From: Promethearchaeota archaeon
Lineage (GTDB): Archaea > Asgardarchaeota > Lokiarchaeia > Sigyniarchaeales > SOKP01
Direction of reading: 5' to 3'
Length of the DNA: 64,000 nucleotides
Assembly: GCA_016839705.1 (NCBI GenBank)
Contig: JAEOTR010000062.1
Location: 1 to 64,000 of the forward strand
A program made the position numbers and the translations under genes. The first letter of the stretch is position 1; every line of letters starts with the position of its first letter. The notes below the pieces were generated by a model. That model was not told where the DNA came from, ran no database searches, and saw only the letters and a list, made by a program, of their open reading frames with translations. Shown piece by piece: positions 41,672 to 51,744 of this stretch.

Positions 41672-42265
41672 TTACGTTTCTCTTTTATCTGCCGATCTTA
41701 CTATAAAGAAACCTATCAGCCCCCCAACGAAGAATGGAATAAGAATTTGTAACCATAGGAGATCAATTGGCAATAAATAAGTTGGAGGATCATGCTGGAT
41801 ATTAGGAGGGATCGTCCTTAAATAGTAGGAAAATGCAGAAGTAATCCAAAGATAAGCCCATGCTATAAAAGTGGCAATTCCTAACCATTTACAATTTTTA
41901 TATATTAGGGGTTTTTTGAAATATGATAAATACGTTTTCAAAACAATAACTACCAAAATAGCAAAATTAGGCCATACATGAAAGTTATAACTTAGATTTG
42001 CTATTTCAAATGGTGGCTCCCCAAAGAAAATTCCTCCTAAAAAACCGACCATTCCCGCAAATAACCCAAGAAAATATAATGTTGTTGCAAATCCCCCAAA
42101 CGCTCGATGAGATCTAAATAAAATATCGTTAGTTTTTAAAAGAGACCGTTTCTTCTTATAATATCCTGCGTAAGTTCCTGTAGCTGCTTGGACCGTCGCA
42201 CATAAACAACCTAACATTGTTATTATAGTATTGAATTCTGCCACAGAATATGTAAGTCCTGCCAT
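41672..42265 (-). CDS. Membrane protein with TM histidines (DUF6529/cytochrome b-like)
   Basis: About 5 TM helices; HRAFGG and FHVW motifs. Confidence 0.55.
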   Translation of the reverse strand: MAGLTYSVAEFNTIITMLGCLCATVQAATGTYAGYYKKKRSLLKTNDILFRSHRAFGGFATTLYFLGLFAGMVGFLGGIFFGEPPFEIANLSYNFHVWPNFAILVVIVLKTYLSYFKKPLIYKNCKWLGIATFIAWAYLWITSAFSYYLRTIPPNIQHDPPTYLLPIDLLWLQILIPFFVGGLIGFFIVRSADKRET

Positions 42266-42368
42266 AATATGGATAATTAAAAATTCTATTTGAAATTTAA
42301 TGGAATAAAGTTTTAATCGGTAAACAATTTATGAAATTAAAATAGTTTTTTTCGTTAAGTGAGTACAT

Positions 42369-43706
42369 ATGGTTAGACCTAAGATTATAATACCAGAAAA
42401 AGGAATTCCTGAAGAGGCTCTCCTGAAAGAAATGGAAGATCTTCGTGAAGAAGATACTAATTGGAGAGAAGGTAGGGTTTGGAGTTTAGTATATCATGCA
42501 ACAGATAAGCATACTGAAATGCTAAAGAAAGCCTATACAATGTTTTTCTCAAAAAATGCCTTAAGTCCAATTGCCTTCCCAAGTCTAAAGAAATTTGAGA
42601 CGGAGGTTATATCTATGGCTATAGATTTATTCAGTGGAGATAAAAGGTGTTGTGGGAGTATGACTTCAGGAGGAACTGAAAGTATTTTAATGGCTATAAA
42701 GACCTATAGAGATTGGGCTAGAGATAAGTTTCCAAATATAAAAGACCCGGAGATGGTATTACCAAGCTCAGCACATCCTGCCTTTGATAAAGGAGCAGAT
42801 TATTTTGGAGTAAAAGCAGTACGAATCCCCGTAGATGAAGAGACACATCGAGCAGATGTAAAAGCAATGGAAAATGCAATAAACGATAATACAATATTAA
42901 TGGTAGGCTCCGCATGTGATTTTCCTAGAGGGGTAGTAGATCCTATCTCAAAGCTTGCAACGATTGCTCAAGAACATAGTATTGGAATGCATGTTGACTC
43001 TTGCCTCGGAGGTTTTATGCTACCTTTTGTAAAAAAGCTTGGATATGAGGTCCCCGAATTTGATTTCTCAGTTCCCGGGGTTACTTCAATTTCTGCTGAT
43101 GTCCATAAATATGGTTATGGGGCAAAAGGGGCATCAACTATACTTTATCGAAAAGAAAGAGTTTGGAAATATCAATTCTCTGTATATACAGACTGGTCTG
43201 GTGGTATTTATATCTCTCCAAGCATGCGAGGAACTCGTCCAGGAGGAGCAATCGCAGCTGCTTGGGCTGCTTTAAGGGCTCTTGGAATGGATGGTTATCT
43301 AAACTTAGCAAAAATTGTGATGACTGCTTCAGAAGAATTGATGAAGGGAATTAATACTATACCTGAACTATACATTATTGGAAAACCCGTAATGAGTGTC
43401 TTTTCTTTTACTTCAGACACACTGGATATCTATAATTTAGGAGATCTCATGGATAAAAAAGGATGGCATTTAGATCGAATCCAATTCCCAAATGCATTAC
43501 ATATGATGGTAAATCCTCACCATGCGGAAGTTGTGGACACTTTTCTAGCAGATCTTAAATCCGCTGTTAGTGAAGTTATCGAACATCCTGAACAATCTTC
43601 TGACGGAGATGCTGCAATTTATGGTATGGTTGCTAGTTTACCTGACAGAAATAAAGTGAAAGACTATATCATTAACTTCTTAAAAAGCCAATATAAAATT
43701 AAATAG
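42369..43706 (+). CDS. PLP-dependent sphingosine-1-phosphate lyase-like enzyme (group II decarboxylase fold)
   Basis: TSGGTESI, AHPAFDK, HVDSCLGGF, SADVHKYGYGAKG, GTRPGG and AAIYG motifs. Confidence 0.85.
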   Translation: MVRPKIIIPEKGIPEEALLKEMEDLREEDTNWREGRVWSLVYHATDKHTEMLKKAYTMFFSKNALSPIAFPSLKKFETEVISMAIDLFSGDKRCCGSMTSGGTESILMAIKTYRDWARDKFPNIKDPEMVLPSSAHPAFDKGADYFGVKAVRIPVDEETHRADVKAMENAINDNTILMVGSACDFPRGVVDPISKLATIAQEHSIGMHVDSCLGGFMLPFVKKLGYEVPEFDFSVPGVTSISADVHKYGYGAKGASTILYRKERVWKYQFSVYTDWSGGIYISPSMRGTRPGGAIAAAWAALRALGMDGYLNLAKIVMTASEELMKGINTIPELYIIGKPVMSVFSFTSDTLDIYNLGDLMDKKGWHLDRIQFPNALHMMVNPHHAEVVDTFLADLKSAVSEVIEHPEQSSDGDAAIYGMVASLPDRNKVKDYIINFLKSQYKIK

Positions 43707-43758
43707 ATCTATCCCAACTACATAATAAAACAAAAGAATAGAGTGATATCAAGTGCGA

Positions 43759-44583
43759 ATGAAAAATGAAACCGCTATTATAACAGGATCAACTAGCGGA
43801 ATAGGAAAACATATTGCGGAACTTTTTCTTCGAGAGGGATGTAAGGTAGCTATCTGTTCTCGTAAGGAAGAAAACGTTCAAAGAACACTTGAAGAATTTA
43901 AAAAGAAATATGGAGAATCTGTAATTGGGATGGTTTGTGACGTTACTGAACCATCTGTTATCGAATCATTGGTCGATGAAACCATTAATAAATTTGGTTC
44001 AGTTCGTATATTAGTGGCTAATGCGGGTGTAAATTTAATATATGGTCCTTTTGAATATATATCATTAGAGGAGGCTAATATGAATGCTAAAACGATCATT
44101 GAAATTAATTTAATCGGCATTATTAATACCGTAGCAGCGGTTTTACCACACATGCTCAAGCAAGGATATGGTAGAATAATAACTCTTTCTGGTGGGGGTG
44201 CCGAAAGACCGATTGAACACATGACCATCTACTCAGCTTCTAAGGGAGGTGTACTCGCATTTTCCAGATGCTTAGCAAAGGAGCTTGATAATAACGAAAA
44301 AGATATTAAAATTAATATATATAATCCTGGAATGATAGATACAAACTTAGCCACAAATGCGAAAGTTATTGAAGTTTGGAAAGATAAAGAAACCTACAAT
44401 CGTGAATTCGAATTACTTAGAACGCATGTGATGACAGATATCGAAGATAGTTGTAGTAAAGTTATCCCATATGCATTACCAACATGTAAAGATAACGGGA
44501 AATCTTTCAGAGGCTTTTCAGGAATGAAACTTGGAATGGGATTTAACAAAATCAGGAAGGAACTAAAGAAAATGAATCAATAA
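43759..44583 (+). CDS. SDR family oxidoreductase
   Basis: TGSTSGIG, NAG, YSASK and PG motifs. Confidence 0.92.
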   Translation: MKNETAIITGSTSGIGKHIAELFLREGCKVAICSRKEENVQRTLEEFKKKYGESVIGMVCDVTEPSVIESLVDETINKFGSVRILVANAGVNLIYGPFEYISLEEANMNAKTIIEINLIGIINTVAAVLPHMLKQGYGRIITLSGGGAERPIEHMTIYSASKGGVLAFSRCLAKELDNNEKDIKINIYNPGMIDTNLATNAKVIEVWKDKETYNREFELLRTHVMTDIEDSCSKVIPYALPTCKDNGKSFRGFSGMKLGMGFNKIRKELKKMNQ

Positions 44584-44585
44584 AT

Positions 44586-45848
44586 TTATAAAATTGAGAT
44601 CATATCTTTAATAGCTCTACTCACTAAATAGAGTTGTATGTTTCGAGCACCTCCTATTATCTCTTGAACTTTTGCAACTCCTAGTGCTCTATCAATCCTC
44701 AAGTTATCAGTAAACGCAATTCCACCACACAATTGTTGAGTTTCATAAGAAATTTTCTGAGCGAGATTTGATGCGAGATATTTCGTTCCTGAACTAAATG
44801 CGGCATTATATTTAACGAATTTTTGCTCCTCAAAGTGTTTTTTCTCAACAGTTTTATCATACTCTAAAGCTGACCTAAGACCTAATTCTGTTGCAGCCAT
44901 CAATTCAGTAAAATTCTGTGTCTGTGGAAAAGAAACTCCTTGAAAATCATAAATTGGTCTGTTGAATTGTGTCCTTAAATTTGTATAGATAAGACCTGTA
45001 ATTGCAGTTAACCATGCGATACCTAAACTAGATCCAATAATCGCACATCTTTCGGCTACAAGTCCAGAAAATAAATTTTTGTAGCCTTGCCCTTTAGCTC
45101 CTAGCACATTTTTTCGAGGTATTTTAACAGAATCAAAGAGAGTTTGACCAATTTCCACTCGTGGAACTGATTGTATACCTAGTCTGTTAGTGGTTAATCC
45201 TTCAAATTCTCTCTCAGCAATAGCTTGATACATTGATCCCCGAGGATCTGACACATCAGATACTCCATATACGATAAAATAATCTGCAACTGGACCGTTA
45301 GTGGTATATAATTTTTCTCCATTAAGAATAATGTAATCAACTCTATCAGAAACCTTCGTTTCCATGTTCACCGCATCAGAACCGTGTTTTCTTTCAGTAA
45401 TACAGATGCATCCGATCTTTTTTCCCGCCATTATTTGATTTAAGATTTCAAAAATCCTGTCACCTTTGCCGAATTGAAAAAGTGGATTCGCAAATATAAC
45501 ACCCGTCACCACTCTAGCCAAATCTAATTCAGGATCAACTATGGATATAGCCATAGCTAAAAGCATTTCATAGCGCATATTATATCTTTCACCATCGCCA
45601 TGAGGATTCAATCTCTGAACATAATTTCTTCTCCCTAAGATTGGAAACAGATTATAAACTTGTTCTTCTAGATTCATCTTAGGTTCGATTTCTTTTAGTA
45701 AAAATTGCTCTAATTCCTCTAAAAATTCCCGTTCTTCATCTGTTATGAGGGGAAAAATGAAATTATTAAAAATTTTGTAAATGTTTTCGGTCGTTAATTT
45801 TTTTTTAATTTCTTCATCTAGAATATCTACACCCGTTATCAGTTTCAT
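44586..45848 (-). CDS. Acyl-CoA dehydrogenase family protein
   Basis: CITERKHGSDA, LNGEKLYTTNG, RTQFNRPI, QLCGG and EIIGGARNIQ motifs. Confidence 0.9.
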   Translation of the reverse strand: MKLITGVDILDEEIKKKLTTENIYKIFNNFIFPLITDEEREFLEELEQFLLKEIEPKMNLEEQVYNLFPILGRRNYVQRLNPHGDGERYNMRYEMLLAMAISIVDPELDLARVVTGVIFANPLFQFGKGDRIFEILNQIMAGKKIGCICITERKHGSDAVNMETKVSDRVDYIILNGEKLYTTNGPVADYFIVYGVSDVSDPRGSMYQAIAEREFEGLTTNRLGIQSVPRVEIGQTLFDSVKIPRKNVLGAKGQGYKNLFSGLVAERCAIIGSSLGIAWLTAITGLIYTNLRTQFNRPIYDFQGVSFPQTQNFTELMAATELGLRSALEYDKTVEKKHFEEQKFVKYNAAFSSGTKYLASNLAQKISYETQQLCGGIAFTDNLRIDRALGVAKVQEIIGGARNIQLYLVSRAIKDMISIL

Positions 45849-46269
45849 AATTAAGCCTCTTTTTAATCCTAATTAAGTCATTAAAACCTTGATCAATTAA
45901 GTATTTCATTGAAAAAAAATAATTACTAATTCTAGAAATCAACGAAAATTAATTAGTATAGACAGTGTTCTAATTATTTAAAAAGGTTTCAATAAAAAAT
46001 ATTTAAAAGGATAAGTAAGAAATCTTTGTTCAAAAAGAAGAACTTTTGCTCATTTAGTAAGCCCTTTAATTGAAAGAATTCTAATAGGAAAATCTCCCTA
46101 CTATGAAACCAATTAAAGTTAAAATTATAATTTTTAAATATTATAAAATGAAAAGTTAATTTTCATTACTGAATATAAATTTGTTCCAGAAGCAAAAAAT
46201 TCAGAATTATAGAAAATCTTATTTTAGTGTAAACTAATAATCTTACATCAAAATAAAAATGGAATATTT

Positions 46270-47643
46270 ATGGTATATTTTCAGATCAGTCGGTTAGGAT
46301 TTGATTGTGGTCTTGAGAAGGACAGTTGCAAGGATTATCCTGGATTTTGTTCAGAATGTGTTAAAAAGCAACTTGAAAAATTCAGTTTAGATGTAAATCA
46401 GAACATAAAAATAACACTAATAGATTCTAAAGAAAAGAGAATTCAAATGTTTCAAGATCTAATTTGGCAAAAGTTTTTAGATGTTCTAAACATAAAACAT
46501 ATCGTCTTAACAGCTAAAAAGTCTGGTTTACTTGTCATTGACTATCCAATCTCAGGAGCAGGAATAGATCTTCAATTATTAACGGGATTTATACAAGCAA
46601 ATATATCGTTTTCAGAAACGGGTAATATTCAAGATAATTCTATCAGTCAAGGGCAAAATATGCAATTTTATGAATTCCAGTATCAGAATTTCAGTATATT
46701 ATTAAAAAATGGGAAATTTGTTCGAATATGCTTGGTGTTAGATCACAAAGCCTCAGATAGTTTAAAAATACAGGTCTCTGAGTTTTTAAACGAATATGAA
46801 GCAAGATACTTTGATAAAATTGTTTCATATATCGAAAAAGGACGACTCGACTTTAAAGATACACTTGATTTCATAATTGACATGTTTAACATCAAATTGG
46901 TTTTCCCGATGGTATTAACTCATACTTTTTTACCAGAAGTGCTAGAATCAATAGAAAAGAATTTTATTCAAAAGGCAATAGTAGATTTTGCAAAATTATT
47001 ATTAGCTTCAAAACAGTTCTTTTTTATCATCAATCTAGTTGATGAAGTACAAAAAATAGTTAATATTGATTCTAACAGGATACTTTATGAAATTCATCAA
47101 CTTATCGAAAAAAATATTATCATTCCAACCACTATTGAGACCGCTGAGGATAAGATTAGTACTTTTCAAGAGTCTCAAGCAGCAAGAATAGCTAACAATG
47201 AATTGATTTCTCCGATTATAGCAAATGAAGACGATATAAATGAACTAAAAGAAAAAGCAAAACATATGAACGAAGAGGAGGTTAAGACTGCGTTAAATTC
47301 CTTTATTAAAAAAGCTGAAGTTGCTGAAAAAGGTATGGCATATAAAGAAGCATTAAAAGAGTATGAAAAAGCATTATTTTTAGCCAGCGGTTTTGACATG
47401 AAGGAGGATATTGGCAGGATCTCATTTCTGATCTTCGAACTTGACAAAAAAAATAAGGAATTAGAACTCGAATATGCTCTAAAGGTTGGAGAAAAAGCAG
47501 AAAAAAAGAAGGATTATATTAAAGCTATTAATTACTATAAAGAATGCTTGATAATCTTAAAAAAAGATGGCATATTCGAGGACACTGAATCCAGAGTCAG
47601 GAAATTGGAAAAAAAATTAGGAAGTCTTCAGAAACAACTTTAA
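46270..47643 (+). CDS. Asgard-type multidomain protein: Cys-rich N-terminus, longin-like domain, wHTH-like segment, TPR-like C-terminus
   Basis: Four Cys near the N-terminus; KSGLLVIDY...LLTGFIQANISF; paired helices AYKEALKEYEKAL and DYIKAINYYKECL. Confidence 0.6.
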   Translation: MVYFQISRLGFDCGLEKDSCKDYPGFCSECVKKQLEKFSLDVNQNIKITLIDSKEKRIQMFQDLIWQKFLDVLNIKHIVLTAKKSGLLVIDYPISGAGIDLQLLTGFIQANISFSETGNIQDNSISQGQNMQFYEFQYQNFSILLKNGKFVRICLVLDHKASDSLKIQVSEFLNEYEARYFDKIVSYIEKGRLDFKDTLDFIIDMFNIKLVFPMVLTHTFLPEVLESIEKNFIQKAIVDFAKLLLASKQFFFIINLVDEVQKIVNIDSNRILYEIHQLIEKNIIIPTTIETAEDKISTFQESQAARIANNELISPIIANEDDINELKEKAKHMNEEEVKTALNSFIKKAEVAEKGMAYKEALKEYEKALFLASGFDMKEDIGRISFLIFELDKKNKELELEYALKVGEKAEKKKDYIKAINYYKECLIILKKDGIFEDTESRVRKLEKKLGSLQKQL

Positions 47644-47804
47644 ATCTAAATGAAATCTCCTTAATTCTGTTTTTTATAGGATTTTTTTGCATTATAAGGA
47701 CTTTACAGAAAATTTATGAGCTACTTAGTATTACATGCTATTTATGAATTTAAGTTCAAAAAATAATCTAAAATTTCAAAAGAAAAGAGGTGGAAAACGG
47801 AATA

Positions 47805-48653
47805 ATGGTAGAATATGAAACATTAAAAGTGCAAGAACGGGAAGATGGTATTTCCATTATAACCTTTAACAGACCTCATAGGTTAAATGCAATTAACTTC
47901 CAGTTTGTAGAAGATTTGCAAGATTATCTCAGTATTTTAGAAAATAACCTTAGTATTCGAGTTGTAATTTTAACTGGTGAAGGCCATTCGTTCTGTTCTG
48001 GTTTTGATTTAAAGGATGGGCAAGTTATTTTTCAAAAAAAGGTACCTGAAACAGCTCAGAAATTCGAATACCTTCAATTCAAAGACAATATTAAAAGAGC
48101 TACTATCGTTCAGAAGTTAGTCTCTCAGTTAATGGTAAACCTTAAGAGAATTCCCCAACCCGTTATAGCCGCAATAAAAGGAATTGCGTATGGTGGTGGT
48201 CTAACGTTCGCTTTGGCATCTGATATTAGGATCGCAGGAGAAAGCGCTAAATTTTGTAATGCTTTCATTAATATTGGCCTTTCTGGTGCTGATTGTGGAA
48301 GTTCTTATTGGTTACCTCGACTGATTGGATTTTCAAGGGCAGCAGAATTTATGCTTACGGGGCGAGTAATTAATGCTCAAGAGGCGGATAAAATTGGACT
48401 TGTATCAAAAATCGTACCTGATAATGAAATTCTTAATGAGGCACTTAACATCGCGAAACAGATATTAAGTAAAAACCAGTTAGGTATAAGATTAACAAAA
48501 GATGCTCTAAATATGAATGTTGATGCTCCCTCACTCGAAGCTGCTACAAAATTAGAAAATAGAACTCAAGTCATATGTGTAAATGCAGAAGATGCTCTTG
48601 AGGGTGTTTTTGCTACACTTGAAAAAAGAAAACCAGCCTATGATAAATGGTAA
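47805..48653 (+). CDS. Enoyl-CoA hydratase/isomerase
   Basis: NRPHRLNA, FCSGFDL, PVIAAIKGIAYGGG and LASDIR motifs; GAGGTG SD. Confidence 0.92.
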   Translation: MVEYETLKVQEREDGISIITFNRPHRLNAINFQFVEDLQDYLSILENNLSIRVVILTGEGHSFCSGFDLKDGQVIFQKKVPETAQKFEYLQFKDNIKRATIVQKLVSQLMVNLKRIPQPVIAAIKGIAYGGGLTFALASDIRIAGESAKFCNAFINIGLSGADCGSSYWLPRLIGFSRAAEFMLTGRVINAQEADKIGLVSKIVPDNEILNEALNIAKQILSKNQLGIRLTKDALNMNVDAPSLEAATKLENRTQVICVNAEDALEGVFATLEKRKPAYDKW

Positions 48654-48741
48654 TAACTCGATTGTCGAAAATTAATATAATTAAGATTTGATTTTTATTT
48701 TTAAACTCATTTTTCTCTATTTTTTCATTCTTTGGGTAGAT

Positions 48742-48768
48742 AAGTTTATGAGTAATCGCTCACTTATT
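48742..48768 (+). promoter_or_regulatory. TATA-like element overlapping a palindromic operator (TetR autoregulation)
   Basis: AAGTTTATGAG-TAATCG-CTCACTTATT, just upstream of ATG 48778. A near-identical copy lies at 50175-50201. Confidence 0.6.
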
Positions 48769-48777
48769 ATTCATACT

Positions 48778-49392
48778 ATGCAAGATAAAAAATTTACGCG
48801 AAATAAGCAAGAAAAAATAGAGAAAATTTATGATGTCTTTTTTGATCTTGTATTGAAGAGAGGATATGATAAAACGAGTACAAATAATGTCGCAGAAGCC
48901 GCAGGGTTAAGCATAGGGACCGTTTACAGATATTTTCCAGAAGGAAAAAAAGATATCATTAGAAAATATTTTGAAAAATCTGTTGAAACAACCATGGAAA
49001 TTGAAGATTTTAAGAACCTTGACCCAAATAATATACCTTCTGCTTTCCGAGGTTTTATTTCAAATTTACTTAGAAATAACTATGCCAGTAAAGGTTATAG
49101 CCTTGCATTTAGATCAGCTATTTTATCAGACCACAATCTTTTAGATGCTCATAATAAGAGAGTTTTTGATATATCTAAAGGTTTTGCGAAGACTCTTATG
49201 AAATCAAATGAATTCTTCAAATCTAGAGAAGAAGAAAGACTTATTAGGGGTTTTATTTTTATTTACAATCTCTCAAATGCAATCATTTATCACCACATCT
49301 TTTTCATGAAATTTTTTGAAAAAGACGAAGATTTAATTGACTATCTTTCAAATCTAATGTTCTTTACAATTCAAACTTTGTCAAAAATGTAA
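48778..49392 (+). CDS. TetR/AcrR family transcriptional regulator
   Basis: HTH GYDKTSTNNVAEAAGLSIGTVYRYFP. Start moved to ATG 48778. Confidence 0.9.
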   Translation: MQDKKFTRNKQEKIEKIYDVFFDLVLKRGYDKTSTNNVAEAAGLSIGTVYRYFPEGKKDIIRKYFEKSVETTMEIEDFKNLDPNNIPSAFRGFISNLLRNNYASKGYSLAFRSAILSDHNLLDAHNKRVFDISKGFAKTLMKSNEFFKSREEERLIRGFIFIYNLSNAIIYHHIFFMKFFEKDEDLIDYLSNLMFFTIQTLSKM

Positions 49393-49439
49393 AGTATCAA
49401 TACAGATTTTGAAGAAAAATAAAAAAAAAGAATAAAACA

Positions 49440-50114
49440 CTATTTTGATTTTTGGATGTAATAACCATGCATTACAAGCCACGCCATTATTACAAAATAA
49501 GCTAACCATTCGAGTACTATTGCTACGTACCTGAAGCCTTCGAAGATAATTTCAGAGATTTCAAAGGTTAGAAACATAACATAACTAACAACCACGATAA
49601 TACCCAAAACAGGTAAATATTTTGGTATGTTCTTCATTCTCAATTCTAACCTTGACACGTTTACTTGAATGATGACGACACTGACAAAGTAGATTAAAGA
49701 TCCAAGCATGTGACCAATTCGAAATACATCATGAGGAAACACAGCCAATGCGATAGAACCGATCGCACCAAGATAAATAACCTTAGCAGTGTTTTTTAGG
49801 GTTTTATTTGATCCTCCTTCGGATTCTAGATATTTTAACAAATACAATCCAAACACCACTCGAACTGGGGCTGAAATAATCATGCCTACTGCAAAAACTA
49901 AAGATGAATTTCTTGACGCTGCTCCTAGATCACTTATGTAGGTAGTTAGTAAACTAAAAGTAGATTCAGAGTTACTATATAACATGGCGGCAATTGTAAG
50001 AAAAGTTACTGAGAAAATAAAACCAAAATATGCTACAAGACTCCCATTTACTTTTTCATACCAATTACTTAATTTTTCACTATTTTTTCCTTCCCATAAT
50101 TCTGTTGTTTCCAT
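49440..50114 (-). CDS. DUF998 / Frag1-DRAM-Sfk1-like membrane protein
   Basis: About 6 TM helices; TYISDLG, H in RIGHM, and LEW motifs; GAGGT SD. Confidence 0.75.
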   Translation of the reverse strand: METTELWEGKNSEKLSNWYEKVNGSLVAYFGFIFSVTFLTIAAMLYSNSESTFSLLTTYISDLGAASRNSSLVFAVGMIISAPVRVVFGLYLLKYLESEGGSNKTLKNTAKVIYLGAIGSIALAVFPHDVFRIGHMLGSLIYFVSVVIIQVNVSRLELRMKNIPKYLPVLGIIVVVSYVMFLTFEISEIIFEGFRYVAIVLEWLAYFVIMAWLVMHGYYIQKSK

Positions 50115-50148
50115 TTGTATTACCTCATTATTAAATTTTTAAAGTTAC

Positions 50149-50201
50149 TATAAATGAGTATTTGCTCATTTATAAACTTTATGAGTTATAGCTCATTTAT
50201 T
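50149..50201. promoter_or_regulatory. Two tandem palindromic operators at the promoter of the DUF998 gene
   Basis: TATAAATGAG-TATTTG-CTCATTTATA (50149-50174) and ATGAG-TTATAG-CTCAT (50181-50196). TTTATAAA at 50169-50176 overlaps the first site. Confidence 0.65.
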
Positions 50202-50415
50202 GAAAACAATATCATTAATAATCCATTACTAGTTCTGTAAGATAAACTAACATTAAATCCTACATTAATTAGAACCTTGTTCTTATATTTCAACATTTTT
50301 AGAGTAAAAATCTAAAAATAATCTAAGAGTCCATTGAGAGTTCCCATTCTTAAACTATATATTAAATCCTATCGATATAATAATTATAAGAAAAAACAAA
50401 AAAAGTGAAAAAAAA

Positions 50416-50637
50416 ATGACCCAAGCTTATGAAAAAGTAATGGAAATGAACTGTGTTGAAGTTGAAGAGGTTAAATATTCAGAAGTTCAAAAAGCCACAG
50501 AAAATAAGGTTGATGAACTACTTGGAGAGTTAAATACAAGATATTTTGAAGAAGCAACTTCTTTGAATGAAACCAAAGAGCGAGTTCAAGCTTCTCAAAA
50601 TTATTCGAATTTTAGTTTCAATACCTATGGTTTTTAA
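50416..50637 (+). CDS. Small hypothetical protein
   Basis: 73 aa; GTGA SD-like element and a downstream T-run terminator. Confidence 0.65.
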   Translation: MTQAYEKVMEMNCVEVEEVKYSEVQKATENKVDELLGELNTRYFEEATSLNETKERVQASQNYSNFSFNTYGF

Positions 50638-50678
50638 TTAATTTTTTTCTCTCTTATTTTTAAGTAATTAAGTTTACC

Positions 50679-51068
50679 TTAATACAATGAATTTTCAATT
50701 ATTCTATCGACTTTTTCTTTGATGTCCAATTTAGCTGCTGAAGGATCTTTTAACACAGGCTTGGTTTCAATGAAAATATTTGTACTAAGCTTCTTAATTA
50801 ATGGAAAATCTGCTTCTCCCTCAATTAAAAATACAAAATAAATCGATTTTGTATCACCAAAAAGTTCCTTAGTTATAATCGTTATTTCATAATTTTCACC
50901 GTATGAGATGGTTGCAATCTCCTCCTTAAATATTTGCTTACCTATCACTCCTATAGCAGAAATTAATCCACTAAAAATTGCGGGATTTATTTCACCCAAA
51001 CTCTTATCTATTTGTTTAGAATAAAAAGGATACCCTTCAGAATCACAGACTAAGATTGATTTGATCAT
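50679..51068 (-). CDS. Small longin/roadblock-like protein
   Basis: IKSILVCDSEGYPFYS...FSGLISAIGVIG pattern typical of Asgard longin/roadblock folds. Confidence 0.65.
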   Translation of the reverse strand: MIKSILVCDSEGYPFYSKQIDKSLGEINPAIFSGLISAIGVIGKQIFKEEIATISYGENYEITIITKELFGDTKSIYFVFLIEGEADFPLIKKLSTNIFIETKPVLKDPSAAKLDIKEKVDRIIENSLY

Positions 51069-51264
51069 ATAGAATTGAGACTCTAAATTTTTTTCTTTAA
51101 CTTATTCAATTATATTAATAAAAATAAAAGAGTTCATCTTTTTAATTCTGGGTTTATCACCATTTATGATCTGCTTTTGAAAGAGTTATGAGTAAACTCC
51201 AAAATTTTAAATAATTGGAGTTTCTTGTTAGAACTTAAATGATTTTTTAACCAGTTGAGTTTTT

Positions 51265-51654
51265 ATGGGAAAAGAAAAAGAAAAAGATAAGGATAAAAAA
51301 GATAAGGACAAAAAAGATAAAGACAAAGATAAAGAAAAAGATAAGGAAAAGGAAAAAGAGAAGAAAGATAAAGATAAAGACAAAGAAAAGAAAGATAAGG
51401 ATAAAGATAAAGACAAGAAAGATAAATATAAATATCCGGTTGATCAAGAGTGGAAGTTAGAGGTAAGTAAAAATCTTGATGCTATAACTCATGCTTACGA
51501 AAAAATTACAAACAAGTTTAGGGATGTTGATAATTATATACTAAAAGATGCTAAAACAAAAGAAGAATTCATAGAGAAAGTTAAAAAACAAGTTGAAGAG
51601 TTGCCTGAAGCATCTCAACAGATATTTCTTTCATTTTTACAGTCTATTGAATAG
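51265..51654 (+). CDS. Protein with N-terminal K/D/E mixed-charge low-complexity tract
   Basis: About 52 aa made only of K, D and E with mixed synonymous codons, then a helical C-terminal domain. Confidence 0.75.
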   Translation: MGKEKEKDKDKKDKDKKDKDKDKEKDKEKEKEKKDKDKDKEKKDKDKDKDKKDKYKYPVDQEWKLEVSKNLDAITHAYEKITNKFRDVDNYILKDAKTKEEFIEKVKKQVEELPEASQQIFLSFLQSIE

Positions 51655-51744
51655 CAGATTAATACTTTTTCTTTTTTTATTTATGTTCGAATCATCGAAA
51701 TGGGAGATTGTTTCAAAACAATAAAAATAAACTATGGTTATTGG

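Noticed and set aside
51228-51447. Antisense SL- and FI-rich ORFs
   Set aside because: They are reverse-complement shadows of the K/D tract.
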